Below are positions 18,925 through 28,276 of a stretch of DNA of 64,000 nucleotides, one piece after another. The stretch lies in the NCBI GenBank assembly GCA_963804165.1, contig CAWDPO010000006.1:32001-96000 (forward strand), read 5' to 3'. The notes under the pieces are model-generated. The model did not search any database, was not told the origin of the DNA, and saw only the letters and a program-made list of their open reading frames with translations. Source of the DNA: an uncultured delta proteobacterium. Its GTDB lineage: Bacteria; Desulfobacterota; Binatia; UBA9968. Positions within the stretch are counted from its first letter, which is position 1. Each line of letters opens with the position of its first letter. Made by a program: the position numbers and the translations under genes.

Positions 18925-19845
18925 ATGCGATTTGACTCACTGACCAGGCGCGATGTGCTGCGCATGGCGCTCGGCGCCGGCGCACTCGCGCTCGCCGGAG
19001 GAGCGACCATGGCAGATTCGATTATTCGCAAATCTATTCCGAAAACCGGCGAAGCTTTGCCGACGATCGGCCTCGGCACGTGGCAAACTTTCGACGTTGG
19101 CGCGGCGACAGCCGCTCGTGAACCGCTCAAAGACGTATTGCGTGAATTCGTCGGCTTGGGCGGCAGCGTCATCGACTCTTCACCCATGTACGGCAGATCC
19201 GAGAGCGTCACCGGCGATCTCGCCGCCGAGCTCGGCCTACAGAAAAAACTATTTCTCGCCACCAAAGTCTGGACCACCGGGCGCGATGCCGGCATCCGCC
19301 AGATGGAGGAATCGTTCGCGCGGCTGCGTGCGGAGCGCATGGAGCTTATGCAAGTCCACAATCTGGTCGACTACCGCACGCACCTCGCCACTCTCAGGCG
19401 TTGGAAAGAACAGGGAAAAGTTCGCTACATCGGCGTCACTCACTACACCGAAAACGCTTATGATGACTTAGCGCGCGTGCTCGCGGGGGAAGAGCTCGAT
19501 TTTGTCCAGCTCAACTACTCGATCGCAGAGCGCGCAGCAGAAAAACGCCTGCTGCCGCTGGCGGCCGAGAAACGTCTGGCCGTGCTTGTCAATCGCCCGC
19601 TCGCCGCCGGCGGATTGTTTAGTAGAGTGCGCGACAAGTCATTGCCGACTTGGTCCAAAGAAATCGGCTGCGCGAGCTGGGCGCAATATTTTCTCAAATT
19701 CGTTATCTCCCATCCCGCGGTAACCTGTGCGATTCCCGCGACCAGCAAAGTCGATCATCTCGTCGACAATATGCGCACCATGCATGGCCCGATGCCGGAC
19801 GCGCAAGCGCGCGAGCGCATGGCGCGCTACTTGGCCGACCTCTAG
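18925..19845 (+). CDS. Aldo/keto reductase with twin-arginine leader
   Basis: TRRDVL leader; IGLGTW, DSSPMYG, ATKV, AIPATS. Confidence 0.9.
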   Translation: MRFDSLTRRDVLRMALGAGALALAGGATMADSIIRKSIPKTGEALPTIGLGTWQTFDVGAATAAREPLKDVLREFVGLGGSVIDSSPMYGRSESVTGDLAAELGLQKKLFLATKVWTTGRDAGIRQMEESFARLRAERMELMQVHNLVDYRTHLATLRRWKEQGKVRYIGVTHYTENAYDDLARVLAGEELDFVQLNYSIAERAAEKRLLPLAAEKRLAVLVNRPLAAGGLFSRVRDKSLPTWSKEIGCASWAQYFLKFVISHPAVTCAIPATSKVDHLVDNMRTMHGPMPDAQARERMARYLADL

Positions 19846-19848
19846 AGC

Positions 19849-19998
19849 GCTGCTGAAATCTCTGTCGGAGTTCTTCGACGGTACTAAGAGCCCGTCCTGA
19901 GTTTATCGAAGGAACGAACGGAGGGTTTTGATATCTTCGAGGATATTCCGATTATGCTGAGCTCGTCGAAGCATTCCTAGCCATTTTTTCCAGCAACC
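19849..19998. repeat. MITE-like palindromic element (CTTCGAC..CTGAGC..TCGAAG family)
   Basis: Ends gctgctgaaa / tttccagcaac; internal motifs shared with 20509-20630. Confidence 0.6.
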
Positions 19999-20130
19999 CG
20001 CGAGCTGCAGCTGCGCCGTAAATTGCGCCGTGATCGGAAGGCCACCCGCGACCGAGTGTCGTTGACAGTTTTCCACACCGGTGATAGCGCTGATTTCTAA
20101 TCAGAGATAATTTTTCGAGGAGGACTCACC

Positions 20131-20508
20131 ATGGCCAAGCTTCGTCATCTCGCCATTCTCACCCATCAACCCGATAAGCTTGCTGACTTTTACAAACGCG
20201 TTTTCGAAATGACAGAAATGTACCGCACCAAAAACGGCTCGGTTCATCTTTCCGACGGTGAAGTCAATCTGGCGATACTGAACGCGACCGACCCCAAAGA
20301 ACCCGGACACCAGCCGGGGCTTTATCACATCGGTTTTCACGTCGAAGATAACAAGGAAGTCGCTCAGCGCATTAAAGAAATTTATCCCGAAGGCGCGCCC
20401 AAAGAGCGTGAGGCGACCTATGCCGAGGGCCGTGGCTGCGATCCCGACGGCAACCTTTTCGATATTTCCACCGTCGGTTGGGGCCCCAAGCGCAGAATGG
20501 ATCTGTAG
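20131..20508 (+). CDS. VOC/glyoxalase family protein
   Basis: LRHLAI, FYKRVF, YHIGFHVED, DPDGNLFDIS; GGAGG RBS. Confidence 0.88.
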   Translation: MAKLRHLAILTHQPDKLADFYKRVFEMTEMYRTKNGSVHLSDGEVNLAILNATDPKEPGHQPGLYHIGFHVEDNKEVAQRIKEIYPEGAPKEREATYAEGRGCDPDGNLFDISTVGWGPKRRMDL

Positions 20509-20630
20509 GAGCCTGTGAAAAAAGGTCCGGAATGCTTCGACAAGCTGCTCAGCATGAACGGAAAATCTCAATCGCTTTAACTTTTCTCCGTTCGCCCTGA
20601 GGCTCTCGAAGGGTGAACGGAGGGTTCCTC
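20509..20630. repeat. Second copy of the CTTCGAC..CTCAGC palindromic element
   Basis: aatgcttcgacaagctgctcagcatgaacgg ... ccgttcgccctgaggctctcgaagggtgaacggagggt. Confidence 0.65.
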
Positions 20631-20742
20631 AGTCACCGCGGTGCACCAGTGTTTTCGGTTAGCTTACGCAACCGCGTGTCCAACATGACTGCAAAAATAC
20701 ATTGCACTTTTCGTAGTTAGATAATTATCCCGCGGACTTTTT

Positions 20743-21642
20743 ATGGTCCTCAGATTCGGCACGTCGGAGGCCGGTGGCACTTTTCACTCGCAGGCGCTCG
20801 AGCTGGTAAGCCTCTTTAATGAAGCGCGAACAGGTGGCGAACCGTGTGTCGTGACAAACAATTTGATCACTCTCGAAGATGTCACGCTTTTCGACCGCGG
20901 TGAGCTCGACTTTGGCTTGATGGCGTCGAACTGGATCGGCCGGGCTAAAGACGGCGCGCCGCCGTTTACGCGGCCAATCGAGCTACGCATGGTTGCGCCG
21001 GCCAACGCCGGTCCGGTGTTTTTCGTCGCGCTGGCCGATTCGCCGATCCGAAATGTCAGCGACTTAGTCGGTAAACGGATCGCGCTCGGGCCGAAGGGAA
21101 GTGGCATGGCTCAGCACGCCGAGGTCATTTTCAAAATCCTGGCAATATCATTCGACAGATTTACGCCGGTCTACCTCGGTTTCGCTGAAGCCGGCGACGC
21201 TTTGATCGACCGCGAGATCGACGCTCTTTGGCAGCGACCGATCCCCAATCAAGCCATGACAGACTTAAGCGAACGCGCCGACGTCCGTGTGGTGAGTTAC
21301 GCTGACGGACAATTGGCAACGATCTTTTCTTCGGTGCCCTTCTACCGCGAGATCATCATTGAGAAAAATGCTTTTCGCGGGGCCACGGAAGCGTCCGCGC
21401 AAGTCGGCGTCGTTAACGTGATCGTGACCCACGAGCGCGCGGCACAAGACATCGTCCGTGTGATGGCCAGGACCATTGCATCCAATCTCGATGCATTGCC
21501 GCAGCTCAATCCGTTATTTAAATCGCTAAAGCCGCTGTTCGCGGCCTTGCGCGCGCACGGCCCGGCTGCTTTCGAATTCGCCGGCGTGCCGCTCCATCCA
21601 GGCGCGCGGCGGGCGTACCAAGATCTTGGGTGGCTAGAATAA
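20743..21642 (+). CDS. TAXI-family TRAP solute-binding protein, no signal peptide
   Basis: GTSEAGGTF, DLVGKRIALGPKGSG, PLHPGARRAY. Confidence 0.85.
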   Translation: MVLRFGTSEAGGTFHSQALELVSLFNEARTGGEPCVVTNNLITLEDVTLFDRGELDFGLMASNWIGRAKDGAPPFTRPIELRMVAPANAGPVFFVALADSPIRNVSDLVGKRIALGPKGSGMAQHAEVIFKILAISFDRFTPVYLGFAEAGDALIDREIDALWQRPIPNQAMTDLSERADVRVVSYADGQLATIFSSVPFYREIIIEKNAFRGATEASAQVGVVNVIVTHERAAQDIVRVMARTIASNLDALPQLNPLFKSLKPLFAALRAHGPAAFEFAGVPLHPGARRAYQDLGWLE

Positions 21643-21668
21643 TTTACCGGGCCGTCGCTCGTGTGACG

Positions 21669-22097
21669 CTACTTCAGTGATTTCTTCAAGACCCGCACCG
21701 CCGTGTCGGCATCCGCCGCGCTGTCGAACGCAAAGTATGACACGGCGCGCCTGCCGAGAGCCGCGGCCGAGATACCGCGCAGATTAACTCCTGCGGCCGC
21801 GAGGGCATCGGTCATTTTTGCGCCCAGGCCGGCGCGGTCCGGTCCTTCGACACGCACCGAATGCAGGCCTGCGCTCGTGCCGAGACCCGCCTGCTGGGCA
21901 GCGGCTTTCGGCTTCGAGCCCTTGATCGGCGCGAGAAATACCACGCCTGTGCCAGGTTTGTCGGGAGCGCGGCGAGCAACGATAAATTCGATACTGCTCC
22001 CCGCCTCCTGCAAAGCCACCAAGGTACTTGCAAGCCCACCGGGACGATCTGCGATCTCTCCCGCCCAAACATCCACTTTTTTCACCGTGTACGCCAT
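21669..22097 (-). CDS. Tandem ACT-domain protein
   Basis: DRPGGLA and DRAGLGA ACT signatures. Confidence 0.8.
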   Translation of the reverse strand: MAYTVKKVDVWAGEIADRPGGLASTLVALQEAGSSIEFIVARRAPDKPGTGVVFLAPIKGSKPKAAAQQAGLGTSAGLHSVRVEGPDRAGLGAKMTDALAAAGVNLRGISAAALGRRAVSYFAFDSAADADTAVRVLKKSLK

Positions 22098-22317
22098 ATC
22101 ACACCCCCTTGATTGATTTGACGACTGCGGATAAGCGCGGACCTGAAACCAAAAGACCGGTCACTGTTGCGACTTAAGTTGCTTATATGATCGGTTTCTA
22201 TCTCCACCTATGGAAAGTGTCAACCAGCGTATCGAACAGGAGAAAAACGAATATAAACACCCCTCGGACGCGGTTGGGTCAAATCCCATTAAAGTTCCGT
22301 GACAGCCGCAAAAATGA

Positions 22318-23331
22318 TTGAAGGGAACCAGCCTTCATGATAGTGTCCAGTGTTCAATGAGACCTAAACATACAAACCTTGTAAAAGCTTATCTTATCCA
22401 ATGGTTCGATGCCGATTATCACGCGGCAGGAGTCGTCGGAAAGGTTCGCGATCTCGACCGCGTCAATTGGATCCGCTGCCTGCCGTTTATAATTCTACAC
22501 CTAGGCTGCCTGGCAATCTTCATCGTCGGCTGGAGCTGGACTGCGGTTTGCGCCGCCGTCGCGCTATATCTGGTCAGGATGTTTGCCATCACCGGAATCT
22601 ACCACCGATATTTTTCGCACCGGACATTCAAAACGTCGCGGCCGGCACAGTTTGTCTTCGCCCTTTTGGGAGCTTCGTCGGCCCAGCGTGGACCGCTTTG
22701 GTGGGCGGCCAATCATCGAAACCATCACCGCGAATCGGACACGCCGGACGATCCCCACTCACCGATCCACTACAGTTTTTTCCGTTCCCACGCCGGCTGG
22801 TTCATGTGCACGCGCTATTACGCGACGCAATACGAACGTATCAGGGATTTTGCGCGCTTTCCTGAGTTGGTCTGGATAAACCGCTTCGACAAGGCCATTC
22901 CGGCGGCTTTAGGGTTGGGCATCTATCTCTGCGGTTTATGTTTGGAATACACCGTGCCGACCCTCGGGGTCACGGGCTTGCAACTGTTTGTCTGGGGATT
23001 CGTCTTGAGCACGACGATTCTGTTTCATGCCACCGCTAGCATCAATTCGCTGGCGCATCTGTTCGGGTGGCAGCGCTACGAAACCGGCGACGAAAGCCGC
23101 AACAATTTTTGGCTGGCGCTGATTACTCTAGGCGAAGGTTGGCACAACAACCACCACAAACACATGGGCTGCACGCGCCAGGGTTTCTATTGGTGGGAGA
23201 TCGATATCACCTACTACGTGCTAAAATGTCTCTCCTGGGCCGGCGTCATATGGGACCTCAAGCCGGTGCCGACCAAGGCGTATAGCCACGACGAACAACT
23301 GCCGCGCCGAAAATACGCATCGGCAGCGTAA
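22318..23331 (+). CDS. Acyl-CoA (delta-9 type) fatty acid desaturase
   Basis: His boxes HRYFSH, HRNHH, HNNHH; GEGWH; start codon uncertain. Confidence 0.92.
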   Translation: MKGTSLHDSVQCSMRPKHTNLVKAYLIQWFDADYHAAGVVGKVRDLDRVNWIRCLPFIILHLGCLAIFIVGWSWTAVCAAVALYLVRMFAITGIYHRYFSHRTFKTSRPAQFVFALLGASSAQRGPLWWAANHRNHHRESDTPDDPHSPIHYSFFRSHAGWFMCTRYYATQYERIRDFARFPELVWINRFDKAIPAALGLGIYLCGLCLEYTVPTLGVTGLQLFVWGFVLSTTILFHATASINSLAHLFGWQRYETGDESRNNFWLALITLGEGWHNNHHKHMGCTRQGFYWWEIDITYYVLKCLSWAGVIWDLKPVPTKAYSHDEQLPRRKYASAA

Positions 23332-23482
23332 ACAGACCTGAAAACTCCCCTCGCCGCGCCCAAGATGCATCCGCCGACCAGGCCGCGGCGGACCGCCACA
23401 TCCCTTGCCCCACACCGGCAATGTTGAGTTTGATCGAGCATGAGGCTAGCATTGTGAGCGCAGCTCCAATTAAGCATTGCCC

Positions 23483-23995
23483 ATGGTCCCAGAATTTTTC
23501 AAAAACGTGTCGTTGTTTCAGGATCTAGACCGCGACGCACTGGATCAATTAGCGACACGGATGATTTTAAAGAAAATCTCCGCCGGAGCGGTCGTCTTTC
23601 GCGAGTCGGATGATTCCGACGCGCTCTATTTGGTCGAGTCGGGACAAATCGTTATCAGCAAGCATGTTCAGGGCGAAGTGGATATCGTTTTGACGCGCTT
23701 TCATCGCGGTGATTTTTTCGGCGAAATGGGGCTATTCGATGCCGCGCCGCGTTCCGCCACCGCGTACGCCGAAGGTGACGCGGTACTTTGGCGGCTCGAC
23801 CGCAAGGCGTTTCAACAAATCCTTTCCGACTACCCCCAGATGGCTGCGAGGATTTGCTATCGCATGGTCAGCGTTTTCATCGCAAGAATGCGCGCGACCA
23901 ACGACCAAGCGCGCGAGGCGATACGTTGGGGTCTGGAAGCGACCGGCTACTCTCCGACGGGAGACCGCACTTCGTTCGGCCGCAAGTCCACGTAA
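23483..23995 (+). CDS. Stand-alone cyclic-nucleotide-binding domain protein
   Basis: LYLVESG, FFGEMGLFDAAPRSATA phosphate-binding cassette; no HTH. Confidence 0.88.
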   Translation: MVPEFFKNVSLFQDLDRDALDQLATRMILKKISAGAVVFRESDDSDALYLVESGQIVISKHVQGEVDIVLTRFHRGDFFGEMGLFDAAPRSATAYAEGDAVLWRLDRKAFQQILSDYPQMAARICYRMVSVFIARMRATNDQAREAIRWGLEATGYSPTGDRTSFGRKST

Positions 23996-24006
23996 TGAAT
24001 TAGTCC

Positions 24007-25230
24007 ATGCCTGAACCAGCCAAGCTCGAGCTCCTGACCCGCACCGCTGATAATGCGGGATTTCACACCGTCGAAATCAATAGCGATTACGTCTATGGGC
24101 TGTTCAAACCGCAGCGCCTGCCTAAAACCGAGTGGGAGCTGACCCCTCAACCACGGGGCGCGGACGGCGCGCGCCATTACGTGCTCAAAAACCTGCGCCA
24201 CGACCGTTACGTGTTGCTCAACGCGAAGGAATACTTTCTGTGGGACTACTTCGATGGCTGTCATTCGTTGGAAGAAATCGCCCGCGCCTTCCATATTTCA
24301 AACGGCGCCTTTGACTTTTCGCTCATTCGTCAATTGCTGACCAAGCTTTACGGTTGCGGTCTGATCGAAACCAATAACACCACGGATCTGCGCTCTAGTC
24401 TCACTGGCTTGCAACCTTTTTCATGGACGCGTTCCTTGGGTTCGGGTGTGAGAGCATTGCGGCGCATTTCCTTTAAGCTTCCCAACGCGGATCGGGTATG
24501 CTCCGCGATTTATGATCGCGGCGGTTTTTTGCTGTTTCATCCCATCGCTTTCTGGCTGAGCGTCACCGTCGCCGTTCTAGCTTTCGTCTTAGGCCTCAGA
24601 CTGGTTCCACAGGCCGGCGACTTCGCGTGGCACTTGAAAGCGCGCCCTCTCTTGGTCACCGGCGTGATGCTGCTCATTCTCCTCTTGGTCTCCATGCTCC
24701 ACGTGCTAGTCCACGCGCTCGCCTGTAAATCCTACGGCCGCAGAGTGCGCGAGATGGGATTTTTTCTGCTCCAGGGCGTTCTACCGACATGGTACGCGGA
24801 CGTGACCGATATCTTCATGTCGAGCCGGCGCGCCCGTGTGACCGTCGACTTGGCGGGACCTATGGTCGAAGTGGTATTGGGGAGTTTCGCCATCATCGGC
24901 GCCTACGGCGCGAGCCCGGGGTTCGAACAAGCGCTGTTATTCGGCGTCGGCGTGATGCTCTGGGAAGGCGCCCTGATCAATCTCTATCCGTTCAACTTCC
25001 TCGAAATGGATGGCTACAATATCGTTGCGGACCTGCTTGCAATGCCAATGCTCAGGCAACAAGCTCTGGCGCTGCTTTCGAGCTTGCCAAGCCGTCTGCG
25101 CAACGTGACGACGATCGCCCGCGCCGAGTGGATTCAATTGAGCTACCTGCTGATTTGCCTCCTATCCGTGCTCGTTTATTTGATCGTGCATCTCGACGCG
25201 ATCCGCACTTTGTTGCCCTTTCTGCGATAG
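24007..25230 (+). CDS. M50/site-2-protease-like membrane protein with PqqD-like N-domain; HExxH degenerate
   Basis: LWDYFDG..SLEEI helical domain; HVLVHALAC, LAGP, NLYP...DGY motifs. Confidence 0.75.
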   Translation: MPEPAKLELLTRTADNAGFHTVEINSDYVYGLFKPQRLPKTEWELTPQPRGADGARHYVLKNLRHDRYVLLNAKEYFLWDYFDGCHSLEEIARAFHISNGAFDFSLIRQLLTKLYGCGLIETNNTTDLRSSLTGLQPFSWTRSLGSGVRALRRISFKLPNADRVCSAIYDRGGFLLFHPIAFWLSVTVAVLAFVLGLRLVPQAGDFAWHLKARPLLVTGVMLLILLLVSMLHVLVHALACKSYGRRVREMGFFLLQGVLPTWYADVTDIFMSSRRARVTVDLAGPMVEVVLGSFAIIGAYGASPGFEQALLFGVGVMLWEGALINLYPFNFLEMDGYNIVADLLAMPMLRQQALALLSSLPSRLRNVTTIARAEWIQLSYLLICLLSVLVYLIVHLDAIRTLLPFLR

Positions 25231-25319
25231 AGCGCGGTGGCGTGCGCCAACAGCCCCTTCCTCATGCGCTTCTCGCTGCCCGCATCATCCTAAACCAATA
25301 GGATCGAGCCCATGCGCGC

Positions 25320-26363
25320 CTATTTTCTCCCCAGCTCCCGGAGCCATTTTTCCCAACGGTCGCTCTCGCGTTCCAGCTGTTCGATCGACATTCCTTTTTC
25401 GATGTACCAGCGCTTGAAGCCGTATTCCTTCGACGCGCTGCCGTATTCGTAACTTTCCAGAATCTTCTGCCCGTCCGGGCTGAAGAGAAAATCGATAAAC
25501 AACACCGCCGCGTGCGGATGCGGGGCTTGGGACGATAGCGCGGCGCTGCCCGCGCTCGCCGGAACGATGTCCATCGGCACCCACGCGACCGGCGCCTTTT
25601 TCTCCGCGGCGACCAAGGCATGATTGCGAAAGATCGTCGGCGACGCTTCGACTTCGCCGGAAACGATCATATCGTTGAGCGCCTGTCCGGAAACCGAATG
25701 CATCGTGATCTCTTGAGCGCGCAGTTTCTTAATAAACTCTTCGCCTTTGACTTTCAGCATCGCCGCGACCGTGCGCGAGCCCGTGTCAGTGGTGACGAAA
25801 GCCATCCTGCCCTTGAGCGCCGGATTCAATAGACCGTCATAATTTTTCGGCACGGCGCTCGCGGGAAGCTTATCCTTATTGTACGCGAAGCCCATGTACG
25901 ATTCGCGATCGGTGGCCCAGTGAACAGTGCCTTTACCTGCCTCTTCCTTGGCTTCGGCGGGGACTTTCGCCAGGTGCGGCACGCTGAACGGTGTAAGCCT
26001 TTTCATCGCGCGCATGAGCATCAGCAAGGGCAGCGAGCTTTCCGCGACGTCCATTAAATATTTTTTTGCCTGCGATTCCGCCAGCACTTTGGCGATCAAG
26101 TCTCGGCTCGCGCCCCGATAGGCTTCCACCGGCACGCCGTATTTCGTTTCAAAGGCGCGTGCGAGATCCTTGTACGAGCCGCCGGCAAGGGCGGTGTACC
26201 ACACGACCTTGCCTTCCTTCTTCGCCCCCGCGACGAGGAGTTGTTCGCGGTCCGCGCCGTTATAGACCGCCAGGTCGGCGAGGGTCGTAGGTTTAGCGGC
26301 TTGCGCATACGCGATGGAAGAACACAACAAAGACATCGACAAAAGTACAATGACAAATTTCAC
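25320..26363 (-). CDS. ABC substrate-binding protein (Fe3+/thiamine-type cluster)
   Basis: Signal peptide, GAKKEGKVVWY, APHPHAAVLFIDFLFSPDGQ. Confidence 0.88.
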   Translation of the reverse strand: MKFVIVLLSMSLLCSSIAYAQAAKPTTLADLAVYNGADREQLLVAGAKKEGKVVWYTALAGGSYKDLARAFETKYGVPVEAYRGASRDLIAKVLAESQAKKYLMDVAESSLPLLMLMRAMKRLTPFSVPHLAKVPAEAKEEAGKGTVHWATDRESYMGFAYNKDKLPASAVPKNYDGLLNPALKGRMAFVTTDTGSRTVAAMLKVKGEEFIKKLRAQEITMHSVSGQALNDMIVSGEVEASPTIFRNHALVAAEKKAPVAWVPMDIVPASAGSAALSSQAPHPHAAVLFIDFLFSPDGQKILESYEYGSASKEYGFKRWYIEKGMSIEQLERESDRWEKWLRELGRK

Positions 26364-26394
26364 GACGGTGCCTCCTCGGAGGGATCAGACGCGG

Positions 26395-26958
26395 CTATAC
26401 CACCTGCCACTGGTTTTCAGGCTCGGGAGCTGTCGCCAACGGATTTTCCCGATCGAATTCCCAACGAGCAGGGTTGTCCTGGATGTATCGTCGGATGCGT
26501 TCCAAGGATTCGTCGTTACGGATGATGTGTTCGAAGTAGTTGCGTTGCCAGATGACCGTGCCGAGTTCGCCCTGCAACTCACGGATGCTTTTGGTAACGG
26601 CTGATTTGAAACCACCGACAAAGACACCCAACGACCGCTTGGTTGGGCCGGAATGTAGGGGCGACCGGCGGGTCGCCCTCTCCGACGAGTTGGTAATCAC
26701 CATAATACCGTGAACGTGGTTGGGCATTACAACAAAGGCATCCAATCCAATTTCATTTCGTATCCGCGCTGACTGTTCCCATTCGTTTTGCACATTTTCG
26801 CCCCAATGATTTAGTCGCATTTCGCCGTCACTGACCTCTCCGAACAAACATCTACGCTCGCGCGTTACAATCGTAATGAAATAGGCTCCTGCCGATGCAT
26901 AGTCATAGTCTCGCAAGCGAATCGATCGTCGGTTCCGTGTTTCAGGATTGATCGTCAT
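26395..26958 (-). CDS. REP-associated tyrosine transposase, second subfamily
   Basis: RRSIRLRDYDY, AYFITI, HUH motif PNHVHGI, WQRNYFEHIIR, YIQDNP. Confidence 0.9.
   Translation of the reverse strand: MTINPETRNRRSIRLRDYDYASAGAYFITIVTRERRCLFGEVSDGEMRLNHWGENVQNEWEQSARIRNEIGLDAFVVMPNHVHGIMVITNSSERATRRSPLHSGPTKRSLGVFVGGFKSAVTKSIRELQGELGTVIWQRNYFEHIIRNDESLERIRRYIQDNPARWEFDRENPLATAPEPENQWQVV
26655..26678 (+). repeat. GTAG-REP within RAYT2 coding sequence
   Basis: GTAGGGGCGACCGGCGGGTCGCCC, one extra G relative to 3177-3199. Confidence 0.85.
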
Positions 26959-26998
26959 TACCCTCAGAGAACTAGTCGTTGTGTCAGCACCCACAAGA

Positions 26999-27021
26999 GG
27001 GCGACCGCCGGTCGCCCCTAC
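26999..27021 (-). repeat. GTAG-REP upstream of RAYT2
   Basis: GGGCGACCGCCGGTCGCCCCTAC, identical to 11740-11762. Confidence 0.85.
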
Positions 27022-27091
27022 TAAGGATCGCGTCCTTTACGCGGTACGATATTGTCATGCGCCGTGCTTTCCATTCACTTCTTCTTCCCTC

Positions 27092-28042
27092 TCACGCTCC
27101 TTCCAACCCCGCGGCCTCGGCATCGAAAAACTTCATGTAATCGATGCGGTTCGGCGACAATCCCTGCTCGTGCGCGTACTGCGTCATCGCTTGCAGCACG
27201 ACGCGATTATTCTCGACATTGTAGGCCCAATAATTTTCGCCCATCAGCTCGCGCTGCTCGGCAACGGCGGCGGCAATCCATGAATAAGCAATCACCTGCG
27301 GGTCCGACCCTTCGAGCCGTTCGAAGGCAGCATCGCGCGACTTGCGAAACGCGTTGAGCAAAGCCACGGGCGCGCCCGGATGCCGATCAACAAATGATTG
27401 CTTGAGCGTCACGATATGACTCGTCGGAAAAATCCCCGTTTTCTTAAAATAGTTTTGTTCTTCGCTGCGGTAATCGCGAAACAGCCGGCGCGTGCGCGGA
27501 TCGCGCGCCGAAATCGACGGCAGCAAGTTGGGACCGATCACCGCATCGATCTTCCCGGCGATGAGCAAGTTGTCCAATAGGTGATCGGCATCGCCTTCGC
27601 TATCAATTTTTTCAATGCATATCCCCTCGGCCACGCCTTCCTTCTTTACCCGCGCCGCCAGCCAGTTGATCCGCTTCAGATCGACGCCATAGTAATGTTG
27701 CAGCGCGCCGCGTGCCCAGACGCCGGCGGTGTTGTCCCACTGCATGATACCGACCCGCCTGCTTTCCAGATCTTTTGCCGTCTCGATGCCCGCTTTGCTA
27801 TTGACGAAAATATAGGCGAGGCGAAACTTGCGGTTGGGAAAGGCCGGGATCGAAATATGCGCTTCGCCTTTCGCGTAAGCGCGCACGCGCGCAGCGAAGC
27901 CGCAGTCCCAGGCGTCGGCTTCCTCCTCGTTAGGAACGAATTCCCAGTCGAAGCCGTCGATCTGCACCGTCCCGTCCGTGATCGGCATGTTGGTATCGAT
28001 GGTCGGCTCGCGAAAATAGAATTTTAGTTTCGGATTGGCCAT
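27092..28042 (-). CDS. 4,5-dihydroxyphthalate decarboxylase-like protein (SBP-like fold)
   Basis: DGTVQIDG, IPAFPNRKFR, TAGVWARG, TGIFPTSH, NYWAY, YAHEQGL; no signal peptide. Confidence 0.75.
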   Translation of the reverse strand: MANPKLKFYFREPTIDTNMPITDGTVQIDGFDWEFVPNEEEADAWDCGFAARVRAYAKGEAHISIPAFPNRKFRLAYIFVNSKAGIETAKDLESRRVGIMQWDNTAGVWARGALQHYYGVDLKRINWLAARVKKEGVAEGICIEKIDSEGDADHLLDNLLIAGKIDAVIGPNLLPSISARDPRTRRLFRDYRSEEQNYFKKTGIFPTSHIVTLKQSFVDRHPGAPVALLNAFRKSRDAAFERLEGSDPQVIAYSWIAAAVAEQRELMGENYWAYNVENNRVVLQAMTQYAHEQGLSPNRIDYMKFFDAEAAGLEGA

Positions 28043-28276
28043 GTATTTCTCCTTGTCGTCGCATTTGCCAAATAGGAGCCCAAACGCCATCAGCTCTTAT
28101 CACCAATCGTCCCTGCGGCAAAGTCGGTAAAATAATTGCTCCCCTGGCATAAGTGGAAAATTGCTTTTTTTTGAAATAGTTGTTAGCGGAGCTATACAGA
28201 CACAGGCCACCTGACGGGCGATGATCGGCGCTTGACGTCATGTCCTGCAGGCTCAGTAACTGATCGGAGGCATAAT

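Noticed and set aside
24007-25230. RiPP biosynthetic cluster
   Set aside because: No precursor peptide, modifying enzyme or exporter nearby.
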